Shown piece by piece: positions 12,376 to 25,037 of a DNA stretch of 64,000 nt. This DNA is from Tubulanus polymorphus (Eukaryota > Animalia > Nemertea), in assembly GCF_964204645.1 (NCBI RefSeq), contig NC_134025.1:17459101-17523100 (forward strand), written 5' to 3'. How positions within the stretch are numbered: position 1 is the first letter of the stretch; every line of letters starts with the position of its first letter. Made by a program: the position numbers and the translations under genes. The notes under the pieces were generated by a model. It was given only the letters and a program-made list of their open reading frames with translations, ran no database searches and had not been told where the DNA came from.

Positions 12376-14603
12376 TGGTGACCAAACTGATACTGCTGGG
12401 CGTGAGCTCAAATCCACAACAGATGACTTATATCTGTGTCAACTGATTAACGAACCAACCCGTATAGCCCGAAATAGTAATTCCTGTATCGATTTAATTT
12501 TCACCGACTCCCCAGGTTTCGTTAACTCTCACGTAGTCCAACCTCCCATTAGTAATACTGACCACTGTTCCGTGACCCTAAATTTATCAGTGCCGACCAG
12601 CAAACGATCAACCCGTAAGAAACTGATTTGGAACTATGATAAATGTAACTTGCCCAACCTAACTGAAGCAATTAACCAAACAAATTGGATTGGTTTATTT
12701 AATTCTTAAGTCCCAAATACTATAGCGAACCAAGTGACTGACATGATCTTTTATTTGTACAGTTCATATATTCCAAATAAGTCTATCCACATACGTGCTA
12801 CTGATAAACCATGGTTCAGGAATGATATCAGAATAGCTATAAATCGTAGGAATAGTTTCTACCGTCGTTTTAAACCCTCAAAACTTAGTTCGTTTTTTTC
12901 GATTTGTACAAATTAGAATCACGAATCGTTAACAACCTGATAGCTGTAGCAAAAAAGAAATATGAATGACAGAATAATCCTAGAAAATCTGGAAACGGCT
13001 GAAAACAGCGGTAACAGTACAGATTACTGGAAAATAATAAAAGTTTTGCTAGGAAACAATTTCTCCTCAGATATCTCAACTATGTTTGACCCTCGAAATA
13101 GAACTTTCTGTGAAAGTGACTTCGACAAATCAAATCTATTCATGCGTTTCATGTCAGCAAAATGCCATAACGATAGTAACCCAGTTGGACTACCCATTTC
13201 CCCTAATAGGTATAACTTTGAGGCCAATATTCTATACTCCACACCCGCCACTATTGAAAAACTCATCAAGTCGCTACCATTAAACAAAGCCTGCGGTGTA
13301 GACAACATTACGAATCGAATGCTGAAAATGACGGCTTCTCCCATTTCTCACGTTCTTTCTAAGCTTTTTAATAAACTGATAAACCATGGCACTTTTCCTG
13401 ATTCATGGAAGAAATGAGTGGTTGCTGTAATATATAAAAAAGGGGATAAGTTTGACCCCAACAACTATCGCCCTGTTACACTACTAAATTATATATCTAA
13501 ACTCTTCGAGAAAGTTTTATATGATTCGATGTACCAACATCTCATAAATTATAATCTTATATATCCTCGACAATCGGGATTTTTAGAGACATAGTACAAC
13601 CGATCAACTTTAGCAATCACTTCCTTCATCCATGAAAATGTTGAGCAAAATCTAGATGTGCGATCTGTCTTTTTGGACACCACAGCTGCATTCGATTCTG
13701 TCCCACACCGGCTTATTCTCCACAAAGTCAAAGCCTACGGTTTTAGAGGTACATCACTTAATTTAATCAGATTATACCTTACAAACCCTAAAATCAGGGT
13801 TCAGATTAATGGGATCCAATCATGCGATTCAGCAGATGACTATATAAATACCCCTGTCCCTCAAGGCTCTTTGATAGGTCCACTTTTGTTTCTCCTCTAT
13901 ATGAATGATCTGCCTGCCCGACAATCCTGAGAGCTCAACCTTCCTATATGCTGACGTTACCTCGCTATACACACCAATAAACCCCAACGACCCATCTGTA
14001 GGGAATCAAACCCTTCAGAGAGATTTAAATAAGATTGGGTATTGGGCATATAAATGGGGTCTTACTTTCAAACCTAGCAAAGAGAACAGAATTTCGGGTG
14101 GAGTATGCTTTCAAAAGCAGTCAAGGTGCTGTTTGGAATCGACAGGTTCAAAATGGCATCTCCATGAAATAACCAATCCGAGTTCGGGTTCCTCCCCAAA
14201 AAGAATTTGAAATTGTAGGTTTCCTCAGACGCTTTCTTAGCAATTTTAAACCAGGAATTACGATAAAAAAGTGGGCAAATTTTAATACGAACCGACCACA
14301 ATGTGCCATGGGATTTTAAGATCAGAAACTATTTTCTCGAAAACATTCAAAATAGCGGCCTCTTTCTGCTTCATTATTTCTTTTCAATAAACTAAAGTCC
14401 ATTCAGCTTCACAAACTAAATCATCTATATTGTAGTACCATACCGTAAGCCCCGAGTGTCTGTGATGCACTCGTTCACTACCGGTTAGGTACCACATGTG
14501 CGAAAAGTATCGAAAAGAGAAACATGATATTTATATATGTTTGTGTGTATAGCCACACGCAGGCAAATTATTTTTGAATATATTTAAAATATTGTTTGGA
14601 AAA

Positions 14604-15071
14604 TCCTCCCTCCCTCCCTCCCTCCCTCCCTCCCTCCCTCCCTCCCTCCCTCCCTCCCTCCCTCCCTCCCTCCCTCCCTCCCTCCCTCCCTCCCTCCCTC
14701 CCTCCCTCCCTCCCTCCCTCCCTCCCTCCCTCCCTCCCTCCCTCCCTCCCTCCCTCCCTCCCTCCCTCCCTCCCTCCCTCCCTCCCTCCCTCCCTCCCTC
14801 CCTCCCTCCCTCCCTCCCTCCCTCCCTCCCTCCCTCCCTCCCTCCCTCCCTCCCTCCCTCCCTCCCTCCCTCCCTCCCTCCCTCCCTCCCTCCCTCCCTC
14901 CCTCCCTCCCTCCCTCCCTCCCTCCCTCCCTCCCTCCCTCCCTCCCTCCCTCCCTCCCTCCCTCCCTCCCTCCCTCCCTCCCTCCCTCCCTCCCTCCCTC
15001 CCTCCCTCCCTCCCTCCCTCCCTCCCTCCCTCCCTCCCTCCCTCCCTCCCTCCCTCCCTCCCTCCCTCCCT
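14604..15071. repeat. (CCCT)n microsatellite, ~470 bp
   Basis: Perfect tetranucleotide run. Confidence 0.98.
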
Positions 15072-15420
15072 AGAACTTGGATTTTAGCGGCAACGGAACT
15101 TAGTTTGTTCATTATTAATACATGATCAACGACCTTACAACGATCTTATAGATAACATATCGGATGACAACTGCTCTCCGCAGTTTGAAAATTCACGATT
15201 TTCATTGGTTCGGTCCTAACTCGTAAACGACGGTCGAATTATTTTTCTGATTATCTAGCAATGGGCCTGTTTGCTCAATTGTAGACATATGATTTGTCAG
15301 TAAAGCTCACCGTTTTGCACGAAACAAATGCACCACGTTACCTATATGCATGATGTCGCCTACATCTGGTCACATAGTTTGTCCGTTCGGTGCTCTGTGA
15401 CTAAATTCGCGGCGAAATTC

Positions 15421-15474
15421 GTATATGTATATGTATATGTATATGTATACGTATATGTATATGTATATGTATAT
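15421..15474. repeat. (GTATAT)n microsatellite
   Basis: Direct reading. Confidence 0.9.
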
Positions 15475-15814
15475 AAGTATAAGTTTTCACTTTTATCAAA
15501 ATAACATTTGGCATTAACATGTAAGGCGAAAACCACCAAAACATGGTTATATGTCATTCGATGATAAAAAGGTTTAAATAGATGATAAAAACATATAAAA
15601 AGATAGTGAAAACATATGAAAAGGTGATGAAAACATGAAACATGATGACAGATGCGTGTGCGTACGTAGTAATCGTATTCAGTCATAGCGTCGAATTTAT
15701 GTAAGCTTACACCCACTATCCGAAAAGGCAGCTTTTATTTAAATGATTTCTTATTTTCAGTGTGAGAAAGTAGAATTTTCATTTAACTTTATATCAATCG
15801 AGGAACCATTTGCA

Positions 15815-15895
15815 ATGTCTTTACCAAAATATGAAGGCAGACGAGGGAGTGCTAAAACTATTGGCCTGATGGGAGTGCCTTTCGCCGGTGGACAG
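15815..15895 (+). CDS. ARG: Arginase coding exon 1
   Basis: MSLPKYEGRRGSAKTIGLMGVPFAGGQ, like the arginase TIGIIGAPFSKGQ segment; acceptor ttttcag at 15760 implies an upstream UTR exon; donor GT at 15896. Confidence 0.9.
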
Positions 15896-15990
15896 GTAAA
15901 TAGTAACTAAACATTACAGTAGAGCAGTCATTTAATGAGACTTTATACGTACATGATTCATATTCGTCATTGTTCAGGTATAAAATGTAA

Positions 15991-16968
15991 ACTAGTGGTC
16001 CATGAAGTGCTTTGAAAAGTTAAAAAATCGGACAATTGCATTATTCAACATCCCCTAGTGAATATTTACTGAAGCCAATGACCTTGACACTCACCACGAT
16101 CAGAGAACATGTCATGAACTACAATTTTACAATTGATTCTGGTAACATAGGTACCATCATATGGAAATACTGAGTTATTCCGCTTAAACGCTCCCTGGTG
16201 ACCATATACAAAAACCAATGACATCAAAACTTACCACAATCATAGAACATGGAAATACATAATTATTGTACTATTCAATGTCAATGGTTTCCAATAGAAC
16301 AATGATCTCGGAACTCACTAAGATAATAGGACATGTCATGAGCTACAACTTCAATTGATTGTGGTTACGAAATATGTATAGGATAAATAGACAAATTGTA
16401 TATGATTCAATATTCAACTCCCCTGGTAGCAAGAACTTAAAACTGGACAACCCGAATTCCATGTGAGGTGATATATCCTATGACAGTGCTAATGCTAATC
16501 AAATATCAAGACGATAATTTTAAACCTGTTGATATTTTCCTTAAAAATCCTTCTTCCAACTTAGGAATGAGGACTGATGACACTAAAATGTCCACGAAAA
16601 TTGTGTGGTATTTTACTGAACCCAAAACCCATTTGATATGCTACTGAGCCCTCCTTATAGAATACCCATCACAAATTTCAATGAAAAATGGCAAACCTTT
16701 AGCAAGCTACAGGTATCTGGTTGCTGATTTCAGCAAACACCTATGGCCGGCCAGACGGCCACTTTGATTCTGATCGGGTCGGTTTTGGGCTGATGATGAT
16801 GATCTATCGTACATACATGTATAAACCAAATATCAAGACTGTCCATAGGAGCGTCTTCAAAATATCCCAAAACAACTGGATTCCGTCTACGGGCCGACGA
16901 ACAAACGGACGGATGACGGACGAAAAGTGAATGCAATAGCCCGCTGGGACTAAAGTTCCAAGTGGGCT
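15991..16968 (-). mobile_element. Non-autonomous Helentron-type element with satellite-like tandem units
   Basis: ACTAG at left (CTAGT end on minus strand); AGCCCGCTGGGACTAAAGTTCCAAGTGGGCT at right; several degenerate internal units; A-rich target. Confidence 0.7.
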
Positions 16969-17027
16969 GAAAAGAAGTTGAAGCAAAGGTCGATTCCTTA
17001 GTCGAGAAAGAACAATATGAATCCTTA

Positions 17028-17492
17028 AGCCTAGCGCACATCGACACTGCGATTGGAGACAACTATTTGCCAGGCAGTTTTCGGCGCATGAGAGCAACTG
17101 GCTGGATACAATCAGTTGCTCGAATTTGTCGATGTGAGCGAGCTTACGACTGGTTAGCGTCCATCTATCTCCAGTTCCACCCAGTTGCTCATGTTCTACT
17201 TTTGAGCAACTAGTTGTACTCAGTTGCTCTCATATCCGTCGATGTGAGCGCTCCATAATCAACAACACATGGTTGTAACTGACTAAAACAAAGCTATTTG
17301 TCACGTGACTTGTGATGCCCTCAAGAATATTTGCTAAACCACATCTCAGTTGCTGTCGATGTGTGCGCTATGGACCTAGCGACCGGCATGAGCCACGCAG
17401 TTGCTGGTTTTTACTAAATTTTCGATGTGCGCGGGGTACTCGCTCACTAGCAACTAGTTGTCTCCAGTCGCTTTGTCGATGTGCGCTAGGCT
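17028..17492. mobile_element. Harbinger/Tourist-like MITE
   Basis: TIR AGCCTAGCGCACATCGACA..GCGA.TGGAGACAACTA, TTA target duplication on both sides. Confidence 0.85.
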
Positions 17493-18248
17493 TTAGAAAA
17501 CAATACAATTGGCCATTCAATTATATACATTTAACGTCGCGTCTATTCACCTTTATTAATTAGTATAAGAAGAGAAATCTAAGGACTGGAGTTCACGAAT
17601 GAGAATACGGACACGGCCTCAGTCCAAATAAACTAAGGATCCGGACATCCTGATTTTTTTCGCACAGAAATCAACCCGATGTTCCCTATTCTGGATACCG
17701 GATTCTTCGGTATGCAAACCGTCGTAATAAACCTCTAAAATACCTTTACGGCAGCTACAACCGCCTTCCACTAGGGCCAACCCATCATGCCAGCGCAAGG
17801 CAATAATCAAGTTTTGCATAATCAGGGGCCTATTTAGGGCAACTAACCCAGGCAGCAGAGGGCAACGTTTTACTATTCAATTGTGCGATAATCCCACGTT
17901 CTGCTGCAAGCCTACAATGAAACAACCCATTTGAAGGGTTGTTATTACGTCTACATATTTAAGGCATGAACGTGGTCAATTTCGACAGATAATGGTAAAA
18001 GTCCCTTAGGAAATTATTTCCAAGGTGAAATTCCTAATTTGAATAACCAGAATGTTCCATGGTAGAAATCCCCTTTTCGGATTTTAAGAACATTCTAAAG
18101 TAGGTTGTGTCTTTTATTCTATTAATTAACTTTGAGTTTGTAATATTTTCAAATTTAAACTGTAATACATAGGTATTTGAAATGTATGCCCTGTATTTCT
18201 TTAAACTCATAAATGCATCATTTTATCAATTCCAATTGTTTTTGATAG

Positions 18249-18321
18249 CCAAAAGGAGGTGTTGATGATGGCCCAGAAGCAATAAGAAATGGAACCTTGG
18301 TCAAGAAGTTGGAATCTTATG
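18249..18321 (+). CDS. ARG: Arginase coding exon 2
   Basis: tag|PKGGVDDGPEAIRNGTLVKKLESY-G|gt; 73 nt, phase 1. Confidence 0.92.
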
Positions 18322-19166
18322 GTAAATACTTTAAAAATATTATCTGGCATCCATGCATAACTATCTTTTTTTAATCGGGCTTCTCTGTCACATTATATAT
18401 AGTCTTAAGCTCCACCGTGTAGGTTGATAGCACTGGAACTGCCCACTAATCCGACGGTTCACAGGTCCGACGGTTCACGAGTCCGAAGGTTAATATAATT
18501 TCAAGCGAAGAAAAAGAACCTTGGTAATTTATCTGTAGGGGGGCCGTGCATAGAGCATAGAGTAAGCAAGCTTGACTTGACGTATTGTTCAGTATTCAAA
18601 AACATCCGCTCACCACAAGCTTGGTTGCAAGATTGGGAAATCGCCAATCGTGTGGTTTTTGGTGTATACTTTCTCAACAGTGACGTTGGTCTTCAGCCGC
18701 TAGTTATCTTCTTTTCTGTAAAAACAACTCGTACGACTTCTCGAGTCTATATATCCATCTTTATTTTTCTCGGCCCAGTATATGCATTATATTTCTTGTA
18801 TAAACTTGTATTTCTTGTATACACATTGTCTTCCACTAGCCACACCTTCCTAGCTACCTTTTATTACTGTTAAGTTACTTGTACAGGCCTTTTGCCTTAC
18901 ATGGTTTGGCGTCCACGGATTGTCAAATTGATATGTCACCCCTTTTGGCAAAAAAGTTAAGTCATGTATCGTTAGAAAAGGTGACAATCTCTACTTTCTG
19001 ATGCTGTTCGAATTTATTTTTCTACTCACTCGACTCAACCTTTGACCTGAACCAACACATTCCCAATTACTCGAATAATTCCATATATATGAATAACACA
19101 TAAATGAATAACATATATAAATGAATAACTCCTAAAATCAATTTTAATAAAAAATATGTTATTAAA

Positions 19167-19516
19167 ATGGAGAGTAAACAAATACACAGTGAATTCTTAA
19201 ATAGAACTAAAGATACTACAAATGTAAAATCTGTAGATTATAAATTTAAAAAGTTAAATGAATTAACAATTCATAAGAAATATTTAATTACTAATATTGA
19301 AACAGTTACTAATAAATATGGAGATAAATTAGTTATCCACTTAGAATATGAAGGATTAAAAGGATTAAAAGAAATAAATATAAATTAAAAACGTATTCAC
19401 CAGACCGATTCCCTAGATTATCTAGTGAAGATTTAGAAGAATTATGTTCAGGTGATTACTATTTCATATATAAAGGTAAGAATGAAAAAGGACACCATGA
19501 TATAGATTTCGAATAA
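19167..19516 (+). pseudogene. MESKQ small protein (possible OB-fold), left inverted-repeat copy, frameshifted
   Basis: Matches intact copies 35920-36261 and 50793-51146; short duplication AAGGATTAAA shifts the frame. Confidence 0.8.
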
Positions 19517-19532
19517 AAAAATTTGTAAATAG

Positions 19533-20289
19533 ATGGTAGAATTAAAAGAATATAGAATATTTGTTGATTCAAGAAGACTTACAAATTATAAATCACATAA
19601 TTTACAAGTACAATTAGATAGAGAGTTTAAAAATTGTGTAGATTTAAAATTAGTAAATATTAGTTTATGTAACTCATTTTACAATATATCGAATAAAACT
19701 TTTGAACATAGAGCCTTTTTAAGTTTTGATAAAAATAAAAATGAATGGTCCTATATATATTTAAAACTAGGGTTATATAATTTAGATACATTATCACAAG
19801 AAATTAAAAGAAAAGCCTGGCACAAATTAGGTAGTAATTCCGGGTTTAATATTAGATTTTTAAAAATGATAGTTCTGATAAAATAAAGATAAGGTTGTCT
19901 AATGGTGAAAAACATAAATTTATGGTAAAAAACCTATAGCTAAACTGTTAGGAATTCCTCCAGATAGATCTTTTACAAATATTGATGCTAAACCAAACTT
20001 AATGCCTTACACACATTTTCATATTTATTGCAATTTAATTGATGCTACAAAAACATTGGAAGCAACTAAAGATACAACTTGTAATTCTAGTATATTAAAT
20101 ATTTTACCACTGAAGAATTTTAAAGAATTTGGAACGCAAATAAATTATAATTTAACTGAATGTGATTTTAAACCTTGTATTCCACAATTCAATAATTTTA
20201 GATTAGAAGTAAGAAATCATCATGGATACTTAATTGATTTAAATAATTTTCCTGTAATTTATGAATTAGTTATAAGATGTAAAGAGTAA
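19533..20289 (+). pseudogene. Minor capsid (penton, single jelly-roll) protein
   Basis: IFVDSR..LQVQLDREFKN..LVNISLCNSFYNI ... HIYCNLID..SSILNILP..FRLEVRNHHGYLIDLNNFPVIYEL, a pattern typical of Polinton/PLV pentons; frameshift near 19860. Confidence 0.7.
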
Positions 20290-20305
20290 TTTTTTCACTA
20301 CATAA

Positions 20306-20646
20306 ATGAATATAACTGTTGGACCGAGCATAAGTTTTGGATTTGATTTTAAACGTGAGAAAGAAATGAAATTTGATATTAATGATGTAATAACACATAT
20401 CAAAAATCTTGTATTTACTAATCAAACAACATTTGATTATAAGACAACAATAAATAAAGAAACTTATAATGTAGAAAAGATCACTGATTTAATTAGAAAT
20501 TCTTTATGATTTTATGAATTAGATGAAGATTTTATCATTGATGATATTAAAAAAAATAACTGAAATATATGAAAATGAAACTAATGATATTATATATGTT
20601 GAAATAATTATAAATATGATAACTAAATATTTTGAAGAAGGTTGAT
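20306..20646 (+). pseudogene. Viral hypothetical protein (MNITVGPS...)
   Basis: Homolog intact at 57058-57417. Confidence 0.7.
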
Positions 20647-20652
20647 TAATAA

Positions 20653-20880
20653 ATGAGTGATAATAAGTGGATAATAAATGGATTATATAATGGTGCCTTA
20701 CTATCAGTTGGAACTGTTGGTTATACAATGGTATTAAAAAAAGTATTCAAAATAGGAAGTATTAATGTTGTGGATTTGATATTAATGATATTTTAAGATT
20801 AACATTAGCAGTTACTTTATCTAATTAAACAATTGATCATTTAGAAAAACAAAAATATATTCCTCCTATAAAAATGCATA
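20653..20880 (+). pseudogene. Small hydrophobic viral protein (MSDNKWI...)
   Basis: Homolog at 57425-57688. Confidence 0.7.
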
Positions 20881-21821
20881 ATTTTTGATAAATAAATGGC
20901 ATGTGCAATTATAACTATTATAGGATCAGCAATTGTTAACGCTTTAGCATTTACAGGTGGTGGTTATTTATTTAAGCATATTGATAAAAATAGTTCATTC
21001 AAGAAGACATAACTTAGCATTAGAGAAATACAATAAAGCTTGCAGAAGAATACAGAGAAAAGGGACAAAACTACTAGGGCGTTCGATTTCCTGATCGAAC
21101 GCGCCCGGGTTTCCCCGAGTTACGGTGGATAAACAAACGACTTTGGGTAAAGTCAATCAATGTCAATAAAACTTTATTGATCCGTATGAATACAAACAAG
21201 GTATACAAAACTAATACACTACACGCAGCAATCATACAGAAAGTGAAAAAAATATTAAAAATACACAAAGCAGAATTATATGTATATTTATGTGATGCCA
21301 CGGCTTATACGCGATATTACGCCTAACTTTCACGGTCCATCTGCTTCCAGATAGTTTAATGTTCGACAATCTGAATCTTAATACTCCATCTATCGGAACA
21401 GCTAATTAAATATTATACCATAGGAATAATTCTAAGTAAAGAAATACATTTTACAATATAGCAATATTCAATTTAGTTGTATTTTTTCTAATGCGATGCG
21501 GTAACATTCAGAGGCCAGATTTTTCATCGCTCAGAGATTTATGTCACTTTCATTAGAGGACAGAAAGAGACACGCTCAGTCTGTATCGATTGCGATTGAT
21601 TAAAATCTGGCAGTACATTGCAGGTTTCCATAAAATAAACTTCTGTGGTTGTTAGTAAGGGTGTAAATCGAATCGGATTGAATTTACTCGGGTATACCCG
21701 AGTAAGTGTCATGGCATTTTTTAGAAAGAAAAAAACTATTCTGGCGCTTGTGCTGTTTCTGAGACAGTATTCTCGTAGACCTTTCGGGCTTTTATCAAAC
21801 AGTGATCACTGATCCTTTTGA

Positions 21822-22955
21822 ATGACAAAGGTGCATCGAATAGAAAATTACGTTGAAGAAACCGTCCCATCCTACTCTTTTGACGATTTCAAGTCACATT
21901 TTCGTGAAAGAACGACGTTTGAGAATATATTACGACAGATTTCGGTATGCGACGAAATGCGAACGGCAGGTCATGGACGTGAACCTATACCACATGAAAA
22001 ACAGCTTCTGTTTCTATGGTACCTAGGTGGGTGTCTCATGCCCATTCATTTACTGTTGTATAAATCTAATAATGTAATAAAAAAATTTAAAAATTTGTTT
22101 TGTTCACCAGGCACTCCAGAGTCCTTCAGATCGTTGGCTGATCGATTCAACGTATCCAAATCCACTGCCCATGGTACTATCAAAAAGCTGATATCAGCCA
22201 TGAAGAATAATTTGATGGATCTGTATATAAGGTGGCCAGATGAACGAAGAAAACGGGCGATATCGGCAGGTTTCGAAAATTCGTGCAGATTTCCCGGCGT
22301 AGTTGGTTGCGTTGATGGATGCCATATACCCATTAAAGCACCACGAAAGAATCCATCATCGTACGTCAACAGAAAGAAATTCCACTCGGTGGTTCTTCAA
22401 GGAATCTGCGACCACACCCTCAGGTTTACTCACGTCTATGCAGGGTGGGCCGGGTGTACACATGACGCGAGAGTACTACGCAATTCGATGATCTACAGTA
22501 ATTCAGACGAATTATTTGACGACGACTTTTTACTTGGAGACTCAGCATATCCTCTTGAATCATGGCTGATCACACCATTTAAGGATTATGGAAACTTAAC
22601 CAACAACCAAAAAGGATTCAATCGTCGCCTCAGTTCAGCAAGAGTGGCTATAGAAAGAGCTTTTGGCCAGTTAAAGGGACGATTCCGAAGATTGAAAGAT
22701 AACTTCCACGTTTCCGACTTCAAACTAATGATCGGCAGCATTTTGTGTGCGTGTATCCTACACAACATCTGTATTGAAATGAACGACGAGAGCATTGATG
22801 TTGCTGAATTCGAAGATGTCAATTACAAACTAGAACGACCATATAACCATGGAGAGCGACGACAACGATTGATCTGTTACAGGCATAAATTCCGCTTGTC
22901 ACTTCTTGACTTCAAGAGAATAATTCGATATTACACTTTTTCAAATTATTTATAA
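21822..22955 (+). CDS. Harbinger (HARBI1-like) DDE transposase with a probable in-frame 84-nt intron (22027-22110)
   Basis: VGCVDGCHIPI, YVNRKKFHS, GCTHDARVL, LGDSAYPL, RVAIERAFGQLKGRFRRL; removing gt...cag restores WYLG-TPESFRSLADRF; N-terminus from 21711 has stops. Confidence 0.9.
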   Translation: MTKVHRIENYVEETVPSYSFDDFKSHFRERTTFENILRQISVCDEMRTAGHGREPIPHEKQLLFLWYLGGCLMPIHLLLYKSNNVIKKFKNLFCSPGTPESFRSLADRFNVSKSTAHGTIKKLISAMKNNLMDLYIRWPDERRKRAISAGFENSCRFPGVVGCVDGCHIPIKAPRKNPSSYVNRKKFHSVVLQGICDHTLRFTHVYAGWAGCTHDARVLRNSMIYSNSDELFDDDFLLGDSAYPLESWLITPFKDYGNLTNNQKGFNRRLSSARVAIERAFGQLKGRFRRLKDNFHVSDFKLMIGSILCACILHNICIEMNDESIDVAEFEDVNYKLERPYNHGERRQRLICYRHKFRLSLLDFKRIIRYYTFSNYL

Positions 22956-23122
22956 GTTTATTATTAACTTCAACATGTAAAATATTTATTCTAAACTTCA
23001 ACAAATAAATGCAAATGCATTGTGTATAAAATTAGACATTATTCCTAAAATAACAAACATTACTTTGAACTAAGTAAAACAATGGTAACATGAAACCATA
23101 TCAAGCCAACAAACTTTGAAAA

Positions 23123-23850
23123 TTACAATTTTTCGGCAATTTTATTCATTACTGCGAGGGTTTCTTGATGCATCCGTTCAAACGTTTCATGGATAGATTT
23201 GTCTCTTATTTCCATGTATTCAAGGATTTGAGACACAGTAGGTTTCCCTTTCTTGCATGGCTTCTCCCCTGATGTAGTAGGATTTTACGCTTTCTAGAGC
23301 CATCAGAATTTGAATCTCCATCATCATCGCCATCATTAACAAGATTATTATTTTCCTCCTCTGTACACGAATATTCATTTCGGAATGAATCTGCTACATA
23401 CTCTTGTACCACACTGGGGTCGTCCCCCATGATATCATGCATTTGATCGGCAAATACAAATTTTGTCGGTTTTGATCCAGTTTTATTATTTAACTGTACA
23501 TAATTCCTATACGCTTTCTTTAAATTCTTCCATTTATCAACACATTTTTCGGATGGAATATTCATCTCCTCTGCAATTTTGCGCCACACCTTTGTTTTGT
23601 TGCGTGCAGCGTTGAGATCATCAAAATTGTCCTTTATCACTGCAAGAAGTTTTCTTGTTGACACAACAGTCCAATCATATCTCTCTGAAAAAAAATTTTT
23701 ACAATCTAAAATACAACCTGTTGTTTTTACCAAAACCACATGCAAATTACCATATTAAATTGATGCTTACCATTATTTTCATTGAACACTGATGGTGATT
23801 TATCTTCCACTTCTGAAACTGCTGTCCGATTATTGCTGGGCGCATTCACT
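23123..23850 (-). CDS. Harbinger Myb/SANT (trihelix-like) DNA-binding protein, spliced, C-terminus frameshifted
   Basis: W-spaced helices DWTVVSTRKLL..KVWRKIAEEM..CVDKWKNLKKAYR; acceptor at 23686-23685. Confidence 0.85.
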
Positions 23851-23996
23851 TAAGAGAAATACAAAAAGAAGTTGCAGGTATAAATTAAAACTTTCATGCA
23901 GTACAGTTTAAAGAAAACAAACTGTTTCTTGCTATGATATGATTGTCAAAGTTCAGATCATTTTTTTAAACTGAACCTTGACTATCTGTAACTTGA

Positions 23997-24090
23997 ACTA
24001 GGGGTCAAGGAACACCATGCGGCCCACTTGGGAAATGGTTTCAAATGCTCAACAAAGTAACAATTTCAACATTAGCCCCAAAGTGGGCTA
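23997..24090 (-). mobile_element. Minimal Helentron-type element inside the Harbinger
   Basis: ACTAGGGGTC...GCCCACTTGGG ... CCCAAAGTGGGCTAAAA; same start at 47086 and same end as 16968. Confidence 0.65.
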
Positions 24091-25037
24091 AAAATGAAAG
24101 GCAAATCATTAAGTTTGAAAAATTTTTTAGAAGGTGGGAAATTGAGGCATAAAAAAACTCACCAGTTCTTGGCAAAATATCTCGGGGTACTTGAATAAAT
24201 ATGTGCTCATTTGTTGGTATATCATGGTATGTAGGGTAATCTGCTTTTATTTGTGCTGTAACCGTGGGAATGTCTGAAATGGCAAGCAATCAAGTTAAAA
24301 TCCATGCATTATTTGTATGAGGTCTGGTATGTATTTCCTCTTCTTAAAACATAAAATGACGCAATACGAATAGCATTATAAAAAAAGTCTGATTCCAATG
24401 GAATTAAGGTATCAGTTTATCAGGTATGATGATTTCGTTATACAATTATTTTCGGTCACAAAGCAACAACCTACTTTCAAGAACTTTTTGCATGTTTATA
24501 TTTATGATCGATAGATGGCCCTACTAGTAGCCTTTAGCAAATGCCAAGCAATAGAGAGAAGCTGACATAGCATGTACAATCCGATTGTAATCCTTAAATC
24601 TCAAGACCAACACATTGCAATCGAAACTTCTAAAAGCAATATAAATATTAAAAGTTGATTTATAAAACGTTGATCGGTGAAAGAAATCGATGAAATTTAA
24701 ATGTTCATTCATTTTCCTTATGTTAGAATATATCAAACGTAAAAAAAATAATGGAATTATGAAAACATTGGACCAAAACATCCTTGAAGACCCGGACACC
24801 GAGGCGCGTGGATGATGGTAATTTGATACCTCAACCCCAGAGTCCTAAACAATTTAGTTCAATTCATATTTCAACATCTAAAAAATGAATTTTCATTGAA
24901 TTGAATTGCCCCGAGCAGTTGAAGAATTAACAAATCACCATTAAATTGGATATAATGTTTTGAAATTTTTGTTTACATATGATACTTACTATCTTTTATC
25001 CATAAATATGCATCATTCGACTCGCATATCGCATTTA

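Larger units (their letters stand above)
10380..14330 (+). mobile_element. Degraded CR1-group LINE (APE + RT) with N-terminal 2A peptide, interrupted at ~10986-12375
   Basis: LLMLAGDIESNPGP; APE motifs YYRSPS, LGDLN, EPTR..SCIDLIF..SNTDH; RT motifs YRPVTLL, AFDSVPH, VPQGSLIGPLLFLLYMND, YADVT; many stops and frameshifts. Confidence 0.85.

Noticed and set aside
14531-15125. Long ORFs (PPSL)n and (GGRE)n
   Set aside because: Translations of the (CCCT)n microsatellite
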